IMG/VR virus record: IMGVR_UViG_3300035138_000104
Coordinates: 1-60,599 of that record
DNA: 60,599 bases
Origin: a virus
Reading direction: 5' to 3' (one strand)
The notes under the pieces were generated by a model. That model was not told where the DNA came from and did not search any database. It worked only from the letters and a program-made list of their open reading frames with translations. Shown here piece by piece: positions 25,315 through 34,686 of the stretch. Position 1 is the stretch's first letter. Each line of letters starts with the position of its first letter. A program made the translations under genes and the position numbers.

Positions 25315-25797
25315 TTAAGTTCCTGTACCTGCATCTGTAATTCTTACACGGATAAGCTGTCCATTAGATCCCTTATCGAGAGCAAACCCGAATTCTTGAT
25401 AACCATCAACCTTTGTCATTACCTGTCCAGGTGTCGCTAATACAAGAGCTACTCTTGCACCTCTTAATATTGCGCCAGAGCATTCCATATATATGACTGC
25501 TCCTTCACCTGCTATCTCAACAACATCGCCAACGGCTGAGGTATTGTTTTTTGTTCTTGCAACCTTAGCACCAAAAATAATATCGTTATTTCCAGTTCTT
25601 TTACCTATGATAGGTAAACCAGCTGCATCATTCGCACCCAAGTCTTTTAATAATACACCTTCACCTGCCAGTAATGTATTCCCTTCAGTGTCCTGTGGAT
25701 CATACCTACAAGATAATACAAATGGGTTAGGATTTGTTTGAAGGTCTAATTGACCAGGATAAGCGGTTGGACTGAATTGATTTGTGTATAAACTCAT
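25315..25797 (-). CDS. Head decoration/cement-like protein
   Basis: 160 aa, Gly/Ala-rich, sitting between the scaffold-like gene and the capsid gene. Confidence 0.45.
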   Translation of the reverse strand: MSLYTNQFSPTAYPGQLDLQTNPNPFVLSCRYDPQDTEGNTLLAGEGVLLKDLGANDAAGLPIIGKRTGNNDIIFGAKVARTKNNTSAVGDVVEIAGEGAVIYMECSGAILRGARVALVLATPGQVMTKVDGYQEFGFALDKGSNGQLIRVRITDAGTGT

Positions 25798-26861
25798 TCT
25801 TTTACCTCCTTGCCTGATCCGTATTTTTGTTTACCTTTGTTAATTCTGTCAACTTTTGAATTTACTATTAACTTTACATTTGCACAGGATTCTTTAATAG
25901 AATTATTCAAAGCTTTAAAATTATCATTAGGTTTTTTTGAATTTTCTTTCTGTGCCTTTTCATCAACAGTCTCTTCCATTGTTGTATCTGTTGGAAGCTC
26001 AGCATTAGCCTTTGATGCTCGCCTTTGATAAGACGCAATCAATTCACTTGCTAGAACTTTTTCACCATCGCCAATATCAATTTCATCTTCAGGATTAATC
26101 ACATTATTGCCTTCTTCGCCTGTTTCATCTTTAACTTTTTCCTCTTTATAAGCAGTAATGACTTCAGAAAGAGGAACTTGCTCGCCTTCTATTTCAAGAA
26201 TAGCATCATCCATATTTACTTTTTCTTCCTCAACGATTTCATCTTCAGGTTTTTTCTCAGTTTCAGCGTCTATATTGTTTTTAAAAAGGTGAAAGATCTT
26301 TTTCTTTTTTTTCATCGAATCCTCCTTTGAATTCTGATAAATACTCAATACCTTTTCTGACATAGAATTATGGAAGCTGGAATCTAATTCATAGATTTTT
26401 GCAAACTCATATCTAGGTTTTTCAACAATTGCCATATGTGTATATACGCCATCAATAACTTCTTCATCGTAGGGTATTCCATGCCATACATCGCCCCTAT
26501 CAGTCTTTGTTGGCATGTATGCACATGAAGCAGAATAACCTTGTTTGATATTCTTTTTTGTGTCTAAATCCCAAATAATAACGTCTGCATAACCCCTTCC
26601 ATTATCTAGCCATCCATAGTTATAAACAACGCCGTCTGCTAAGGCTTGCTTCTCTGCATCGGACAATTTAAAAGCTTCTTCAGGCTCTAAATCTTTGTGC
26701 AACCTGTTAATAACAGGTTTACCAATGAAAGAAGACATCATTCGATCTAATGCGTCCCTTGACACAAACACCGTACCTTGATCAACGTCCTCATAACTAA
26801 TTATTCCAGGCTCGATAAATTCAATTCTGTACCTCTGAGGGTATTTTTCTAAATCTGGCAT
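25794..26861 (-). CDS. Prohead scaffold/protease-like protein
   Basis: 355 aa, first gene of the late operon. It has a globular N-terminal half and a highly acidic/Lys-rich C-terminal half (EDEIVEEEKV..., EEKVKDETGEEG). It resembles the DUF2213-type phage family (from memory). Confidence 0.5.
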   Translation of the reverse strand: MPDLEKYPQRYRIEFIEPGIISYEDVDQGTVFVSRDALDRMMSSFIGKPVINRLHKDLEPEEAFKLSDAEKQALADGVVYNYGWLDNGRGYADVIIWDLDTKKNIKQGYSASCAYMPTKTDRGDVWHGIPYDEEVIDGVYTHMAIVEKPRYEFAKIYELDSSFHNSMSEKVLSIYQNSKEDSMKKKKKIFHLFKNNIDAETEKKPEDEIVEEEKVNMDDAILEIEGEQVPLSEVITAYKEEKVKDETGEEGNNVINPEDEIDIGDGEKVLASELIASYQRRASKANAELPTDTTMEETVDEKAQKENSKKPNDNFKALNNSIKESCANVKLIVNSKVDRINKGKQKYGSGKEVKE

Positions 26862-26928
26862 TTTCGCCTCTTTTAATTTAATCTAATTTCAATATATAAT
26901 ATATTTTACGCTTAATGAAACAAAACTG

Positions 26929-26957
26929 TTGACATTGCAACTTCGTAATATTATAAT
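26929..26957 (+). promoter_or_regulatory. Perfect-consensus sigma70 promoter of the plus-strand operon
   Basis: TTGACA (26929-26934), exactly 17 nt, TATAAT (26952-26957). GAAGGAAG SD, then ATG at 26990. Confidence 0.8.
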
Positions 26958-26989
26958 GTTCTTATATTAAAATATTGAAGGAAGTAAAC

Positions 26990-27145
26990 ATGGCATTTGA
27001 TTATATTAATTTATTGATTAAAGATGAAATCTTATATGTTAAAATACTTGAGAAATATTTTGAAGAAAAAAAACATAATAGGAAAATAACTAAAATTGAT
27101 ATTGTCGAAAGATTATTAAGAAAAGGATTGGAAAATGAAAAATAA
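26990..27145 (+). CDS. Small protein (51 aa)
   Basis: First ORF after the consensus promoter and SD. Its stop overlaps the next start. Confidence 0.55.
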   Translation: MAFDYINLLIKDEILYVKILEKYFEEKKHNRKITKIDIVERLLRKGLENEK

Positions 27146-27389
27146 ATCAATACCACCTAAACCAATCCCAACTCCAATTAGAAAAGTTAATGAAGGATTT
27201 AATTTCAATTGGATTAGAGCATTTATTAAAAAAATAACCACTCCAAAATCTAAAAGAAAATTAGTATCTGTCAAAGAAGTAAAAGAGATTTATAAAGGAT
27301 TTTCCAAAAATCAGCTTATAAGAGTAATAATCCGACTATCTCAAGAAAATGCCATGTTAAGATATAAAAAAGGAATGATAAGAAAATGA
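27135..27389 (+). CDS. Basic small protein (84 aa)
   Basis: Translationally coupled ORF. The N terminus is Lys/Pro-rich. Confidence 0.6.
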   Translation: MKNKSIPPKPIPTPIRKVNEGFNFNWIRAFIKKITTPKSKRKLVSVKEVKEIYKGFSKNQLIRVIIRLSQENAMLRYKKGMIRK

Positions 27390-27559
27390 TCAAATATTTT
27401 TTAAAAAGGCAAAACGATGCCGAATTTAAAGAAGTTGCCAGATCTGAATATCTTCATCATCAAAAACAAGCTGGATATTATGTTGGTAACATGATATTAC
27501 GCAGCTTCCATGATAGAGACCAAAATATATCAGGCCAGGCAAAGGAAATTAAAAAATGA
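27386..27559 (+). CDS. Small protein (57 aa)
   Basis: ATGA overlap with the upstream stop. It is below the track cutoff. Confidence 0.5.
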   Translation: MIKYFLKRQNDAEFKEVARSEYLHHQKQAGYYVGNMILRSFHDRDQNISGQAKEIKK

Positions 27560-27645
27560 AAGATAACACCGCCTTTGCAATTTTTATTATAGTTATGTTT
27601 ATCATAGCTGTTTTATTATTATTTTTAGCAAAAATATTATTTTAA
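27556..27645 (+). CDS. Hydrophobic mini-protein (29 aa)
   Basis: ATGA overlap. MKDNTAFAIFIIVMFIIAVLLLFLAKILF is a single TM helix. Confidence 0.4.
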   Translation: MKDNTAFAIFIIVMFIIAVLLLFLAKILF

Positions 27646-27657
27646 GGAGAAATAAAA

Positions 27658-27957
27658 ATGAAAGCAATCAAAATTGATAAATACCAAAAAGTAGGTGACT
27701 TGGAATATTCAATAAAACTCAATGTAAAGTTAACATTTTGGCTAGCCGTGAAATTACGTATCGCCGGTATTTATAATCTTTTAGACGCAGAAGAACATAA
27801 ACCAATCCATAAACAAACAAATATATATCATAATGCCAATAGAATTGATACTTCTAATTTAAAATCTGGACAAGCAATTAGTAATGATTCAGAATTAAAA
27901 TTGGCTAAAAAATTAGAAAAAGACTTATTAAATAAAAGAGGAAGAAGATTCAAATAA
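27658..27957 (+). CDS. Hypothetical protein (99 aa)
   Basis: AAGGAG lies 8 nt upstream. Its 3' end overlaps the 3' end of the convergent gene 27950..28639 by 8 bp. Confidence 0.6.
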   Translation: MKAIKIDKYQKVGDLEYSIKLNVKLTFWLAVKLRIAGIYNLLDAEEHKPIHKQTNIYHNANRIDTSNLKSGQAISNDSELKLAKKLEKDLLNKRGRRFK

Positions 27958-28639
27958 ATCTAACTTTCAAAGGTTTTTCAAATCCATAGACTGGCCTTCT
28001 GGAAAACATATAATTCCCTGAATAATCTGTAATCACATAAGAAAGATTCTTATAGCAAAAAATAGACTTATATTCTATATCAAAATCATTAAACTTATGA
28101 ACTAATTCATCTAATACGAATATGCAATTACTCTCAGTCATTGCGATTAAAGTATATCCTTTAGATTTAGCCATGGTTTTTAATGCCAAAGCAGAACAAC
28201 CAAAATTACTATTTTTCTTGGCTATCATGTTCATGAAAGGTGGAATTGTAGGGTTATATTCACAAATAAGCACTCTGGGGCGTGATTTTAAGTCCTTTAG
28301 TATAAAATAATCATTTCCGTCTATATCAATGCTTAGAAGGTCAATTTTAGTGTATCTGTTGATAATATCCGCATTCTTGACCCATTCATTGACAGCAATA
28401 CAATCATACCATCTAATATTACGTTCCAATTCATCAAACTTTTTTTTATTGCCTTCTATTAGAATGGCTTTCCATCCATTACGATATAAATTACAAACAT
28501 TAGAATAATGAACGCCATCCCATGAACCGAGATCAATACATACATTATGCCTTATTTTTATAATTTGAAATATCTTGGCGATTATGCCATCTTCCCCGAA
28601 TTGAGAATAAACATTAAATCCAAAATCTGATAATTTCAT
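27950..28639 (-). CDS. SAM-dependent methyltransferase (FkbM-like)
   Basis: 229 aa. YSQFGEDGII...CIDLGSWDG N-terminal pattern, then ...LSIDIDGNDYFIL. Confidence 0.55.
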   Translation of the reverse strand: MKLSDFGFNVYSQFGEDGIIAKIFQIIKIRHNVCIDLGSWDGVHYSNVCNLYRNGWKAILIEGNKKKFDELERNIRWYDCIAVNEWVKNADIINRYTKIDLLSIDIDGNDYFILKDLKSRPRVLICEYNPTIPPFMNMIAKKNSNFGCSALALKTMAKSKGYTLIAMTESNCIFVLDELVHKFNDFDIEYKSIFCYKNLSYVITDYSGNYMFSRRPVYGFEKPLKVRFI

Positions 28640-28643
28640 TTAT

Positions 28644-30311
28644 TTATCCCTCATAATCTAATAATTTTAATTCATTTTTTAATAATTTTTTATTACAGTT
28701 AAAATAATTTTCTACATCTTTAATATCGATATCCAATTCTTCAGAACATTCTTTTATATCTTTTACCCATTTATTTAATCGTGCCATTTCGATGTTAAAC
28801 TTTTTCATAAACTCTTGATTTATCTTACAATGAATATTTCCATTTTTATAAGCTCGGACTCGCATGAATTCTTTATCAAGCAACTTGTCATAATAAAAAA
28901 TATTTTCTTCACCTGGTTGCCATTCAAAATTAAAACTGCTCTCAATATTTTCAAACCCTAAATTATTAGCAACTGTTGAAATATCATTTATGAAAGTATG
29001 TACATCCTTATAAAGTCCGTTTGAATAATCATAGCTTCTATACCCAGATTCATCAAAACAAGAATATCTTCTAAATACTAATCTATAATCTAATTTAAAA
29101 TGAGTTTGTTTAAATTTCTGAAATCTCCATCCATCTTCAACTAACTTCTTATTAGATTTATAAAGTCTAATATTTTCTTTATCTGCCATTTCAAAATATA
29201 CATCCTTAAGCTGTTCATCTATATATATATTTGCATTCTTTAAAACCCATATAATTAAAGCGTAAGCATTTTGTCTTGTAAAATCAATATTAGTTTGACT
29301 ATGTAATTTATCTAAAATAATTTTTCGACTTTTTGATGTTAATTTTTCAGTAATTTTATTTAAATTATCAAATAATTCTTTCCAATATAGATTTTTTAAT
29401 CCTTTTATTTTTTCTTTCAATCCTGATTTTAGGTTGCCTAAATTAACTCCCATTTCTTTAAATAGTTCAGCACCTATATTTTCAAGTTGTTTATAAGTAT
29501 TCAATAATTTTTCTAAATCTTTTTGATACAATTCTTCTAATGCTTCAATTATATTGCCTTGAATTAATTGTTTAATATTTTCTTTTTTCTCTTGTTCAGT
29601 TTTATAATTCCAATCCTTTTTTTTATCAGCATTTATCTTAAAATTTTCTTCAAACCAGATGTCAAATGGATCAGTTTTTTCTTTTTTGAAATCTATTTTT
29701 ACTATATCTATTTTAGCCCTTGATTCTCGATATTCAGAATTTAAAAAATCATCTGAATAAATAATTTGATATTTATTATCTTTAATTTTCCCGACATCGT
29801 CTACATATTTATTTAGTCTCTTATTTAATATATTTAATATTTCTTGATCCTCTTTCCAACGTTCAGGAATTATCAAATATATTACTTTACAATTAGCTTC
29901 TTTAAGAATTTTTAAAGTCCATTCTTTAAACTCTTTATAAGGCGGATTACAAAAAATAACATCAACTTTTTTATCAATTAATGTTTGCTTTAAAAAATCC
30001 GTTCCTATTATAATTATATCACTTGGCATACTATCGATTAATATTTTTGATTTTTCAATAGCAAATTTATCTATATGAGTTTTCGATGTGTATTCATCTT
30101 TTGGTTTTGGAAATAAATCTTCAAAAAGTTGAAAAACATTTCCATTTCCTGCTCCGATATCTAGCATAGAAAAATTTTCAACCATCCCTGTATAATCTTT
30201 TTTATCTTTAATATAATCATAAAAAATTGTTTCAATCATTCTTTTCGTTGTTGGATACCACTCAAAATCTTCATTATTTTCTTTTAATTTAAATAATAAA
30301 TCCTGCGTCAT
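28644..30311 (-). CDS. Amino (N6-A/N4-C) DNA methyltransferase with a long uncharacterised C-terminal region
   Basis: 555 aa. Motif I MLDIGAGNGNV and motif IV FCNPPY lie in the first ~150 aa. No motif is recognised in the remaining ~380 aa. Confidence 0.7.
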   Translation of the reverse strand: MTQDLLFKLKENNEDFEWYPTTKRMIETIFYDYIKDKKDYTGMVENFSMLDIGAGNGNVFQLFEDLFPKPKDEYTSKTHIDKFAIEKSKILIDSMPSDIIIIGTDFLKQTLIDKKVDVIFCNPPYKEFKEWTLKILKEANCKVIYLIIPERWKEDQEILNILNKRLNKYVDDVGKIKDNKYQIIYSDDFLNSEYRESRAKIDIVKIDFKKEKTDPFDIWFEENFKINADKKKDWNYKTEQEKKENIKQLIQGNIIEALEELYQKDLEKLLNTYKQLENIGAELFKEMGVNLGNLKSGLKEKIKGLKNLYWKELFDNLNKITEKLTSKSRKIILDKLHSQTNIDFTRQNAYALIIWVLKNANIYIDEQLKDVYFEMADKENIRLYKSNKKLVEDGWRFQKFKQTHFKLDYRLVFRRYSCFDESGYRSYDYSNGLYKDVHTFINDISTVANNLGFENIESSFNFEWQPGEENIFYYDKLLDKEFMRVRAYKNGNIHCKINQEFMKKFNIEMARLNKWVKDIKECSEELDIDIKDVENYFNCNKKLLKNELKLLDYEG

Positions 30312-31111
30312 TTATTTAACTCCATTTGATGCTTAAGATTTGATATATTTGTGCCTTCAGTTGAAATATAAGTATCAACTGCATGTTTTAAATTATGCTG
30401 CTTTTCTCTAAGATTTCTAAAATCCTGAGAAAGTATTTCATGTTCTTTTTCTAAACGCAAATAATCATCTATCAATTTATTGAGTAACTCAAAACCATGG
30501 TAAAATGGGATTGTCTTAATTTGCCAATTCTCCCAAATCCAATCTATCTTATAAGTAAGTTGATGTGTTTCACTTAAAACATTACAGAATTTATCCTTAT
30601 ATTTATCAAACTTTTTATCAATATGATGGAATTGAACCTGGATATTATCAATTACTAACTGTAAGTTATTTTTAATTATATCGTCTAAAATATAATATTC
30701 AGCCCCTTCCACATTAAGTTTAAGCAGATCTATTTTTGTAATCTCATTTTCTTTAAAAAATTCACTTAATTTTTTCATTTCCACATAGAAAGCACTCTCT
30801 AAGTCTACTCGAAAGATTGATGAAGAATCATCTTTTAATTGTATAGGTGTCAACTCTTCTTTATTATGTAATCCAAAATTATATAAATGGATTTTATTAT
30901 TCTCTGCAAACTTATCACATAATAAGTTAAAAAAATCTGGAATAGGCTCAAAAGCATAAATATTACATTTATATTTACTATATATTTTTTCAATAAATTC
31001 ACCTTTATACGCCCCTACATCAAAAACAATGGAATCTTCATTCAATGGATAATCAAGTCTTAATGTGTTATTTCCATCAAAAATATCATTCCATATATAA
31101 AATTTGCCCAT
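30308..31111 (-). CDS. FkbM-family methyltransferase
   Basis: 267 aa. FDVGAYKGEF and LNVEGAEYYIL patterns. Confidence 0.6.
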   Translation of the reverse strand: MGKFYIWNDIFDGNNTLRLDYPLNEDSIVFDVGAYKGEFIEKIYSKYKCNIYAFEPIPDFFNLLCDKFAENNKIHLYNFGLHNKEELTPIQLKDDSSSIFRVDLESAFYVEMKKLSEFFKENEITKIDLLKLNVEGAEYYILDDIIKNNLQLVIDNIQVQFHHIDKKFDKYKDKFCNVLSETHQLTYKIDWIWENWQIKTIPFYHGFELLNKLIDDYLRLEKEHEILSQDFRNLREKQHNLKHAVDTYISTEGTNISNLKHQMELNK

Positions 31112-31827
31112 TAATATTCACCCCACTTATCATTAAATATAAGTTTCCCTTTCCTGATAAACTCTTGCTCTTGATCCCATAAAAACTTATTTTGTGTATG
31201 ATATTCCCTATTTATTGGACAATGCCACAAATGAATATGATTTATTGAGCGATCAAATATAATTTTATTTCCATATTTTTCCAATCTCAAATTTATACTT
31301 TTATCTTCCGCAGCATACCCCAAATAATATTCGCTCCATCCTTTTATATCAATAACAGACTGAGTATGGAATAAGCCTATTCCATGAGCTTCACCTGTTG
31401 GATGCTGTTTAAACTTATCAGCAATGATTAACAAATCATCATAATTACCTGAATAATATTCCATAGGCATTGCTATATTGCGAGGAATCACCCGAACCGG
31501 TTTATTCTGTATATGTGAAATAATTCGTTTAATATAATCCTTTGGATAAACAAGGTCTATATCTGAAAAACAAAAATAATCATAATCCTTTAAATAATAT
31601 TTCACCATATAATTCATTAAAAGTGATTTATTAAAGTATTTATTATAAGGTTTATGAATATAAACAATTTTATCATGATCAATAATATCAATATCTTCTT
31701 TAGATGCATTTAAGATAAATATCTTATCAGCTTGTAATAAAATAGAATTTAATGAGCAATTGAAGCGTCTCATTGCATTAGGAAGGGAATCTATTTTAAA
31801 GTTTATAACATAAAGTATTGGTATCAT
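31111..31827 (-). CDS. GT-A fold glycosyltransferase (GT2 / beta-4-GalT-like)
   Basis: 238 aa. FSDIDLVYP (DxD) and GWSEYYLGYAAEDKSINLRL (a WGxEDxD-like region). Confidence 0.55.
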   Translation of the reverse strand: MIPILYVINFKIDSLPNAMRRFNCSLNSILLQADKIFILNASKEDIDIIDHDKIVYIHKPYNKYFNKSLLMNYMVKYYLKDYDYFCFSDIDLVYPKDYIKRIISHIQNKPVRVIPRNIAMPMEYYSGNYDDLLIIADKFKQHPTGEAHGIGLFHTQSVIDIKGWSEYYLGYAAEDKSINLRLEKYGNKIIFDRSINHIHLWHCPINREYHTQNKFLWDQEQEFIRKGKLIFNDKWGEY

Positions 31828-32741
31828 TTTTTATATTTTTTATACTCTTTCATCTGTTCTTTGGTAAGCCCCTTATTCCAAGCAGTTAATCCTCTATAAT
31901 TTCCTCTACCTCTTTTCCATCCCATTTTTATATAATAATCTAATTCTTCTATTTTAATTATCATGTCAATATTATCTTTATAAATCCATCTTCTATTTTT
32001 ATTTTTAATTTTTAATCTAGCTATTGTTTTTTCTGAATGATGTTTACCATACATATGATTATTTTTTCCACTATTGGACAAACTATTTTTAAAATTAGCC
32101 AATAAAGAATGACCTCGTCGCCAACCTTGATCAATATATTCTTTTAATTCATTTTTTTTTATATATTTTTCCTTATCGTTTTTATTAATACATATTAATT
32201 TTTTCTTAGCATTGCTTATATTCTTTCTATGTTCTTTTGAAAATTTTTTTCCTTTAAAATAACCTATATGCCCCATCAAAGCTTTACTTATCTTTTTTCT
32301 TGATTCTGAATATTTTCTCATATGATTGTTGTCGCCTCTGATTTTATCGCCTTTCCCATAATTAGGATTATTTTTACCTTTATTACTTAATTTTCCTTCT
32401 TTAAATAATTTCTTTAGTGATTCACTATTTTTTTTATTATGTTCTTTAGTTTTTGGGATTCCTTTTAATAAATCACCTATACCTTCACCGCCTTTGGTTA
32501 TATTATAGCCATTAGGGGAAATACTATTATAATATTTAATCCAGCCTTTCTCTCTTTCATCTAATATAGTTTTATTTAATATATTATTTTCTAATATATC
32601 TTTTTTAAAATTTTCCTTTCCATATTTTTTAATGGCTAATTTAATTAATTTCCCAGAACCATAATAATTATTATTATTTTTAGAATCTTGCCCTATATAT
32701 ATTTTCCCATTTATTAAATTAGTTGTTTTATAAATTATCAT
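31824..32741 (-). CDS. GIY-YIG homing endonuclease with NUMOD3-like repeats
   Basis: 305 aa. IIYKTTNLINGKIYIGQ...YYGSG at the N terminus, then repeated GKNNPNYGK and GKNNHMYGKHHSEKT motifs. Confidence 0.8.
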   Translation of the reverse strand: MIIYKTTNLINGKIYIGQDSKNNNNYYGSGKLIKLAIKKYGKENFKKDILENNILNKTILDEREKGWIKYYNSISPNGYNITKGGEGIGDLLKGIPKTKEHNKKNSESLKKLFKEGKLSNKGKNNPNYGKGDKIRGDNNHMRKYSESRKKISKALMGHIGYFKGKKFSKEHRKNISNAKKKLICINKNDKEKYIKKNELKEYIDQGWRRGHSLLANFKNSLSNSGKNNHMYGKHHSEKTIARLKIKNKNRRWIYKDNIDMIIKIEELDYYIKMGWKRGRGNYRGLTAWNKGLTKEQMKEYKKYKK

Positions 32742-33286
32742 TATTTTGCGACCAATAAATCAGATTTAAATAATAATTCATCTTTTCTGTAAGAATCTTC
32801 ATATATGAATTCAAAATATGGATCAATTTTCATCAATTTTGATTTGATATCAGATAAATCAAAATCACAATTTTCAGATTTTTTCCAACATCTTAGATCA
32901 TCTATTATTATTATATCACCTTTTTCATAAAATTTGGAAATAATCTCTAATTCATCCATTAAAGGATTAGGTTTTTCTCCATAAACAGTTGTGCCTCCAC
33001 TATCATGTGCATCTAAAAAATATGTTATTTTAAAAGAAGAATAAATCCTATATTTTGAAATTATATTTCCTAATAATTTAGTAGAATCTCCAAGAAGAAT
33101 ATCAACTTTAATATTATGATGAAATCTTTTTTTACAAGTTATATATAATTGAGTTGATAATTCTATAGAATGTATTCTATTAAATTTAGAATCCAAAGCT
33201 GCTTGAATTCCGTCTCCAATTAAACTCCCAGTCTCCACAAACACATCATTTTTATACTTACTTAATATTTCACTATTTATTGGCAT
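32741..33286 (-). CDS. Hypothetical protein (possible methyltransferase-like fold)
   Basis: 181 aa. VETGSLIGDG Gly-rich loop and IIIIDD. The resemblance is weak. Confidence 0.35.
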   Translation of the reverse strand: MPINSEILSKYKNDVFVETGSLIGDGIQAALDSKFNRIHSIELSTQLYITCKKRFHHNIKVDILLGDSTKLLGNIISKYRIYSSFKITYFLDAHDSGGTTVYGEKPNPLMDELEIISKFYEKGDIIIIDDLRCWKKSENCDFDLSDIKSKLMKIDPYFEFIYEDSYRKDELLFKSDLLVAK

Positions 33287-33920
33287 TATTTTTCTCCTTT
33301 CTTAAAATAAATGATACTCTCGTACCTCTTATATAATAAGCCTCATATAAAGCCTTGTTTTCTTCTATTATCTGATAAATAGCTTTTTGAACACCATCCA
33401 TCAATGTATCATGCCATATAATGACTTTTGGGTTAGATTTTAAGGCGTTTATAGAATCCACATAACAAAACTCATAATTATGCCTACCGTCAATATACCA
33501 GGCATCAATTGGGTAATATGGTGAAAAATCAAAATCTTTTGAGTTTCCAAATAATTGAGTATAAGTAAATTCGCATCGTTCACCTACTTTTCCTTCTGGT
33601 TTTTCACTATTCCAATTTAAATAGACATCTTTAGTTTCATCATATCTGACCGGTAAATCAAGTGAATATACTTGTTTACCTTGCATAGCATTACAAATAA
33701 TTCTAGTCCCCTCTCCTAAGTGAGTTCCTATCTCACAAAATGACTGAGGATTTACTTCCCTAATTATTCCATGTAAAGCCAAATAATCCTCTTTAAAGCC
33801 TTCACATCCCATGAAATCCCTATATATTAAAGCATCATGCATATATTTATCAAAATAGCTTAATGATAATAATTCAAAATATTTTGGGTTTATATTAATA
33901 TATTTTTGTCTATTATCCAT
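33273..33920 (-). CDS. Class I SAM-dependent O-methyltransferase-like protein
   Basis: 215 aa. FCEIGTHLGEGT (motif I) and DGRHNYEFCYVD...IIWHD. Confidence 0.5.
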   Translation of the reverse strand: MDNRQKYININPKYFELLSLSYFDKYMHDALIYRDFMGCEGFKEDYLALHGIIREVNPQSFCEIGTHLGEGTRIICNAMQGKQVYSLDLPVRYDETKDVYLNWNSEKPEGKVGERCEFTYTQLFGNSKDFDFSPYYPIDAWYIDGRHNYEFCYVDSINALKSNPKVIIWHDTLMDGVQKAIYQIIEENKALYEAYYIRGTRVSFILRKEKNNANK

Positions 33921-34294
33921 TATTTTTCTTTTATTTCATAGCCAATAATATTTTCTGCTATATTTTCAGATATTTTAATTAATACATTAGCCGGTAATTT
34001 ATCTTTTAAATATCCAATAATTTCTTTTTCTAATTCAAAATTTATATCTTCTAGTATTAAAAAAATAGTAGATGTATCCCTATTGACAACAATAGTTATT
34101 GAATCAAACCAATATTGAACCAATACAAAATATGCTATATTATATATAGTGCAGAATTTTGAATTAAATTTTTCATTAAAATTATTAGATAAAATTTCAT
34201 CTTTACAAAAAGTATAAACCTCAATGTTATTTATTTTTATATCAAAATATTTAAAAAATAATTTTTTAATGATTTTTTTTAAAAATTTTACCAT
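33920..34294 (-). CDS. Hypothetical protein (124 aa)
   Basis: ORF in the island gene train with no recognised motif. Confidence 0.6.
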   Translation of the reverse strand: MVKFLKKIIKKLFFKYFDIKINNIEVYTFCKDEILSNNFNEKFNSKFCTIYNIAYFVLVQYWFDSITIVVNRDTSTIFLILEDINFELEKEIIGYLKDKLPANVLIKISENIAENIIGYEIKEK

Positions 34295-34686
34295 TTTTTC
34301 TCCTCTAAAATTTTTGTCGTTGATATATCAGGTGTTCTAGGTAAAATAACAATATCTGGATAATCAAAAGGCTTCATGTTATTTTGCCCAACTGATTTTA
34401 TCCATAAATCCACCATTTGAAGATAAGGTGTCATGTCTAAAGTATCAACTACAATTACTTTATCAGCATATGGCATTACATTATCAATTCTTACAAATAA
34501 AGGATCAATAGGCCTATCCTGCCCTTTTTGAACTTTTACAATATAATCTGTTACAACTGCCACGATTAGATAATCACAATGTTTTCTGCATCGTTTTAAA
34601 AATATTCTATGCCCTTTATGGAATAAATCAAATGTGCCGGTTGTTAATGCTAGTTTCATATCACCCCCATTGTTCAGCCATTGCAT
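34288..34686 (-). CDS. Cytidylyltransferase-family protein (TagD-like)
   Basis: 132 aa. TTGTFDLFHKGH carries the HxGH nucleotidyltransferase signature and is closest to the TagD GTFDLLHxGH form. Confidence 0.7.
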   Translation of the reverse strand: MQWLNNGGDMKLALTTGTFDLFHKGHRIFLKRCRKHCDYLIVAVVTDYIVKVQKGQDRPIDPLFVRIDNVMPYADKVIVVDTLDMTPYLQMVDLWIKSVGQNNMKPFDYPDIVILPRTPDISTTKILEEKKW

